Source: Hamiltosporidium tvaerminnensis FI-OER-3-3 (Eukaryota > Fungi > Microsporidia). From it: a stretch of DNA of 64,000 bases. The notes under the pieces were generated by a model. That model saw only the letters and a program-made list of their open reading frames with translations. It did not search any database and was not told where the DNA came from. Position 1 is the stretch's first letter. Each line of letters begins with the position of its first letter. The position numbers and the translations under genes were made by a program. The stretch spans positions 744,001-808,000 of the forward strand of contig CM061252.1 of assembly GCA_022605425.2 (NCBI GenBank). Direction: 5' to 3'. Of this stretch, positions 60,245 through 64,000 are shown in pieces.

Positions 60245-60964
60245 TTAAATTCTACTAAAGAAGCACCTATTATTCTTTAGCTGTTCTAACGCATCATTTG
60301 ATACTCTGATTTCATATCTGACACCTTGATCTCCATCAATTATTTCTTCAAACATAAGAGGATTTAAGACACCTACAGCAGCAGCTTTAACCAATCCAGT
60401 AGCCATAACAGAAATAAACTTAGCCTCTTCTGCTTCAAAAAACAATACAGTTCGTACCGAGCACTGTGTACTTAACATATGTGAAATATACGGTGTCAAA
60501 AGACCAGCAACAATCATAGCATCATTATAACTAGAAGCACTACAACTAAGTATAAGAATAGAAGATGTCATAGAATCATCCATATTCAGTATATTCAATA
60601 TAGATCCAATACTAACCAAATCCACATCACATTTATCCGGATCTATTCCAGGAGGTATTTCAGTCTGAAATAAAGGTTTCCATTTTATAACAAACGGATG
60701 ATCTAATTTAACTAAATAAGAGTTTACAGACCTTTCCAACTCCCCAATAACAAAATAAACCATATCTTCAAAAGACTTACCTCGTACAGAATATGCATTC
60801 TTTGCTATAGGAGATACATATATCTTTACTTCTACTAACTTTGTAGATAGATTAGAATTCAAAGGATTTGTTATATCCCCGTATTTACCTCCTCTTATTT
60901 TCAATATATTCAACCATATTTGCAAAATAAGTATTGTCCATATAAACTTTATATTCTTAAACAT
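60245..60964 (-). CDS. Secreted 239-aa protein, possibly spore-wall-protein (SWP7-like) fold
   Basis: Hydrophobic N-terminus, LVEVKIYVSP strand and spaced Cys. The family call is from memory and tentative. Confidence 0.8.
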   Translation of the reverse strand: MFKNIKFIWTILILQIWLNILKIRGGKYGDITNPLNSNLSTKLVEVKIYVSPIAKNAYSVRGKSFEDMVYFVIGELERSVNSYLVKLDHPFVIKWKPLFQTEIPPGIDPDKCDVDLVSIGSILNILNMDDSMTSSILILSCSASSYNDAMIVAGLLTPYISHMLSTQCSVRTVLFFEAEEAKFISVMATGLVKAAAVGVLNPLMFEEIIDGDQGVRYEIRVSNDALEQLKNNRCFFSRI

Positions 60965-61185
60965 ATTTATTAAAATTATCCTGTTTTTATAAACATGTAT
61001 CTAACATGTTTCACATCAGAAATAAGAAACATCGTTTTAAACAGAAAATATGTCATAGATAAGTCAATTGTTTTAAGAAAAGTAGTTTGACTTAAGAATC
61101 ACAGTTTCTTATTAAAAATAATAAATTATAACTAATGTGAGCCATAAAACTTAAAAAAATAATTAAATTATAATTTAGATATAAT

Positions 61186-61942
61186 CAAACTTTATTTAAA
61201 AGTATCACATCTTTTTAAAACAGTGGCAAGTGTTATATTTGTTTTCATGACATTAACGCAGTTCTAGGTTTAACATAAATAACTGCTACCCCAACACTCC
61301 ATCGGTAACCCCTGCGATACCTACGTCCCAAAGCCTTTCATCTACCAGGTGTGTAGAACCTAAATAATAGGCGAGGCAGTTGCCCGGAGTTCGTTAATGT
61401 CCGTTGCATGGAGTGTGATCGAAGGCCGAAGCCCCCCCTGGGCTCCCCCAAGACTTTGCAGCATTCCCACTTACTCTACACTTTCTGAACCCAATAAACT
61501 TCTAGCTAAGATATATTTCAGAGATTTACATGGGGTCCACCTAGACAGTGCAATGTCATACCAACAGGTATAACCTGCTACTTAGCTCTCCCGGCTTTTA
61601 ATGGTTTTTATTTTTATATATCCCAGGCGCTAAGTCTTCTAACCCGAGTGAGCAAGGCTAGGTTTCCATGCTTTTACATGGCAATTACCTACATGTTCAG
61701 CTGCGGTCTGCAATCTGGTTACATAAAAAACTACAAATAAATTTGTAGAAAAAGTTTCTCCATTTCTTAGACCTCTCCTCTTCATAACAACTCCCATGGA
61801 ACAACCGAAGATGTAGTGTGGTTGTATTCCCACCAAAAATCCAAACAATGACCTCACACCAGTTTCACACACTCATTGCCAAGCAGAAAGTTTTTTATGT
61901 GGTTATCCTCCCTCCACATATGTGGTTATCCTCCCTCCACAT
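61186..61942 (-). mobile_element. Young structured SINE-like element copy with 13-bp TSD and a duplicated terminal 23-mer
   Basis: atttagatataat at 61173-85 and 61943-55. atgtggttatcctccctccacat occurs twice (61897-919, 61920-942). Confidence 0.93.
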
Positions 61943-62039
61943 ATTTAGATATAATTATAGATAGTCTAAGATATTAAAAGATGGTAGGGATATACATATA
62001 GATAGTTAAATATATTTATTGTATGTAAAGAGTTAATAT

Positions 62040-62345
62040 ACAGGGGGTGTTAGTAACTGAATGATTAGGTATCAGGGTGTTAGTAATACGAAGAAAAACA
62101 AATATGATTAAAGGGGTTATAATCAATAGTATCGTAATTAAAGGGGTATAATTAATAGTATTAGAATTAAAGGGTGGTAGAATACTATTAATTAAAGGGG
62201 TTATAATTAATAGTGATGTAAGTAAAAGGGTGTTAATCCTGATATAAATAAATTACTTTAATTAACACCTATTATTTTACGATAGAAACATATCACAAGT
62301 GATATAAACCGTTAATAAACAACACCCTTTCGAATAACAGGTGTA
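62040..62345. repeat. GGGTGTTA-type degenerate repeats switching to the inverse (TAACACC) orientation
   Basis: agggggtgtta, agggtgtta, aaggggtta repeats to ~62235, then aacacct/aacaccc at 62263-62330. Confidence 0.65.
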
Positions 62346-62392
62346 TCAACAATTTGTTCCTTAAAAATTCGTATTAAATTTTCAACCCCTTT

Positions 62393-63274
62393 ATGCTTCC
62401 TTCAGATACAGACACCAGAAAAATAATACAAGAAAAGGAAGATGTAGAGAAGGAAGTGGACAAGAATAAAGAAGTGGTCAAGAATGAAGATTCAGAGAAG
62501 AATAAAGAATCAGAGAAGAATGAAGAATCAGAGAAGAATAAAGAATCAGAGAAGAATGAAGAATCAGAGAAGAATCAAGAAGTAGCGAGGAATAAGGATA
62601 AAGAAGTAGAGAAGGAAGAAAAAAAGTTAGAAAAAACAGAAGAAAAAAACGAAGAAAAAGAAGAAAAAAAACCAAAAGGAGAGGAATTGAAAGAACAACA
62701 AACCACAAAAGAACAAACAACTACACAAATTCCAATTACAAACACACAATCAACTACAACCGAACAAACTACAACCGTTCACCATAAAGAAAGTCCTTTT
62801 CTTACTTCTTCAGTAATTAAAAAGAAAGAAATTGGAGTTGGAAGTGTAACAGACGAGGAGACAGAAAAAATTCAACAAAAATTTGATGAAGAGCATTTGA
62901 AAGGAGAAATATTATTTAGAGGCAATTGTAAGCTATTTAGAATGAATGAATCGAAAGTAGTGACAAGAGGAGTTGGTAAGATTTATATAACGAAAGGAGA
63001 AAGTAATGGAATGGTAAGAATTGTAATGGTTAGAGATAAGTTAATGAAATTAGGTTGTAATCATTTTATAGAACCTTGGTCTGAAATTTTAGGACATGAA
63101 ATACATGAGAATACATGGGTTTGGTCTACGATAGGAGATACTATTGATGAAGTTAGTGATAAGCAACAAACTTATATTGTTAAGTTTAAAGAGGATAAAG
63201 AGGCTAAAGGGTTTAAAAATAGTTTTGAGATTGGAAAGGAAAATAACAGGGTGGTATTAGAGAGTAAGAAATAA
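62393..63274 (+). CDS. RanBP1-domain protein (Yrb1-like) with acidic repeat N-terminus
   Basis: EILFRGNCKLFRM...RGVGKIYI...VRIVMVRDKLMKLGCNHFI...WVW...VKFK Ran-binding domain. 18-bp EKN(K/E)ES repeats; CCCC before the ATG. Confidence 0.88.
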   Translation: MLPSDTDTRKIIQEKEDVEKEVDKNKEVVKNEDSEKNKESEKNEESEKNKESEKNEESEKNQEVARNKDKEVEKEEKKLEKTEEKNEEKEEKKPKGEELKEQQTTKEQTTTQIPITNTQSTTTEQTTTVHHKESPFLTSSVIKKKEIGVGSVTDEETEKIQQKFDEEHLKGEILFRGNCKLFRMNESKVVTRGVGKIYITKGESNGMVRIVMVRDKLMKLGCNHFIEPWSEILGHEIHENTWVWSTIGDTIDEVSDKQQTYIVKFKEDKEAKGFKNSFEIGKENNRVVLESKK

Positions 63275-63319
63275 AGGGTTTTAAATAAATATATATTTTA
63301 TTTATTTGTTAATAAATAA

Positions 63320-63790
63320 ATAAAGGGGTGTTAATTATAAGTATATTTAGGTGTTAAATTACTAGTAAATTGTAATGTGAAATAACACCCCTTTAATTAT
63401 ATATAAAAAAAATTATTTGACATTGGTAATAGCTATATTCTTATTGAATAGGGGTTTTAAGGTTATTATATTTTAAAACCCTTTTAACTATACATAACCT
63501 ATTAACTTGTTTAACACCCTTTTAAATATACTTAACTTTTTATATTGTTTAACACTCTTTTAACTACTAGCAATCACAGTGTTTTTTAACACCCCTTTAA
63601 GCTGCATTACTTTTCCTGTTGTTTAACACCCCTTTAAGCATACATAGCTTATCAAGTTGTATAACACCCCTTTAAGCATACATAGCTTATCAAGTTGTAT
63701 AACACCCCTTTAACTGTACAACTAATAACGTGCTTATTTAACACCCCTTTAGTAATACCTCTTACAATACACCACTTTAAAACACAAAAC
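63320..63790. repeat. GGGGTGTTA / TAACACCCC degenerate minisatellite, including a 38-bp exact duplication
   Basis: taacacccctttaagcatacatagcttatcaagttgta occurs twice at ~63624-63699, among many taacaccc cores. Confidence 0.8.
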
Positions 63791-63925
63791 CTTTTTACTG
63801 TAAATAAAACCCTCTAACTGTTTCAGTAATTTACTGATAAGAAATATAAATTTTATTGGTATTTTTTGTAGCATAAAAAAGGAAAAGAAAGGAGAAAGAA
63901 AAAAAAAGTAAAAAAAAAGTTAAAA

Positions 63926-64000
63926 ATGGTAGAATTAGACAAACTTAGAAAGAAACTAGACAGAACAATACAAAGTTACCACGACAAACGAAGAGAAAAA
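63926..64000 (+). CDS. Possible 5' end of a gene running off the window
   Basis: aaaaATG then an open frame MVELDKLRKKLDRTIQSYHDKRREK to the edge. Confidence 0.4.
   Translation, partial: MVELDKLRKKLDRTIQSYHDKRREK

Noticed and set aside
61639-61872. Recurrent short ORF MCETGVRSLFGF... (also 32036-32236 and 6287-6493) in the repeated element
   Set aside because: Non-ATG start, differing stops and frameshifts among copies (broken at 52336+ and 37800+). A by-product of the repeat rather than a conserved protein.

Overview
Very AT-rich, gene-sparse eukaryotic DNA with compact intronless genes, CCC-like motifs just before ATGs, and AATAAA at or near stop codons. This style fits a large-genome, TE-rich microsporidian; Hamiltosporidium-like is my unverified impression. 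Housekeeping genes: Spa2/GIT-SHD protein, GATA factor, zinc-ribbon protein, Mpe1, Nnf1-like, lipin/Pah1 and a RanBP1-domain protein. Several secreted orphans are present, including a 3-member ~650-aa family (2 intact, 1 pseudogene). Mobile DNA: one intact R4/Dong-type RT-RLE LINE plus 4 relics, two Merlin (IS1595-like) DNA transposon relics (one with both TIRs and an 8-bp TSD), and three heavily decayed Ty3/gypsy pol relics. The most notable feature is a ~720-bp non-coding element present 7 times (6 near-full-length, 1 fragment). It has variable-length TSDs and a dense strand-specific RNA fold (cUUCGg and GNRA loops, G-U pairs, end-closing helix, alternative long-range helices). It looks like a large structured RNA that is retroposed in trans, probably by the LINE, and matches no tRNA/5S/7SL-derived SINE type I recognise.
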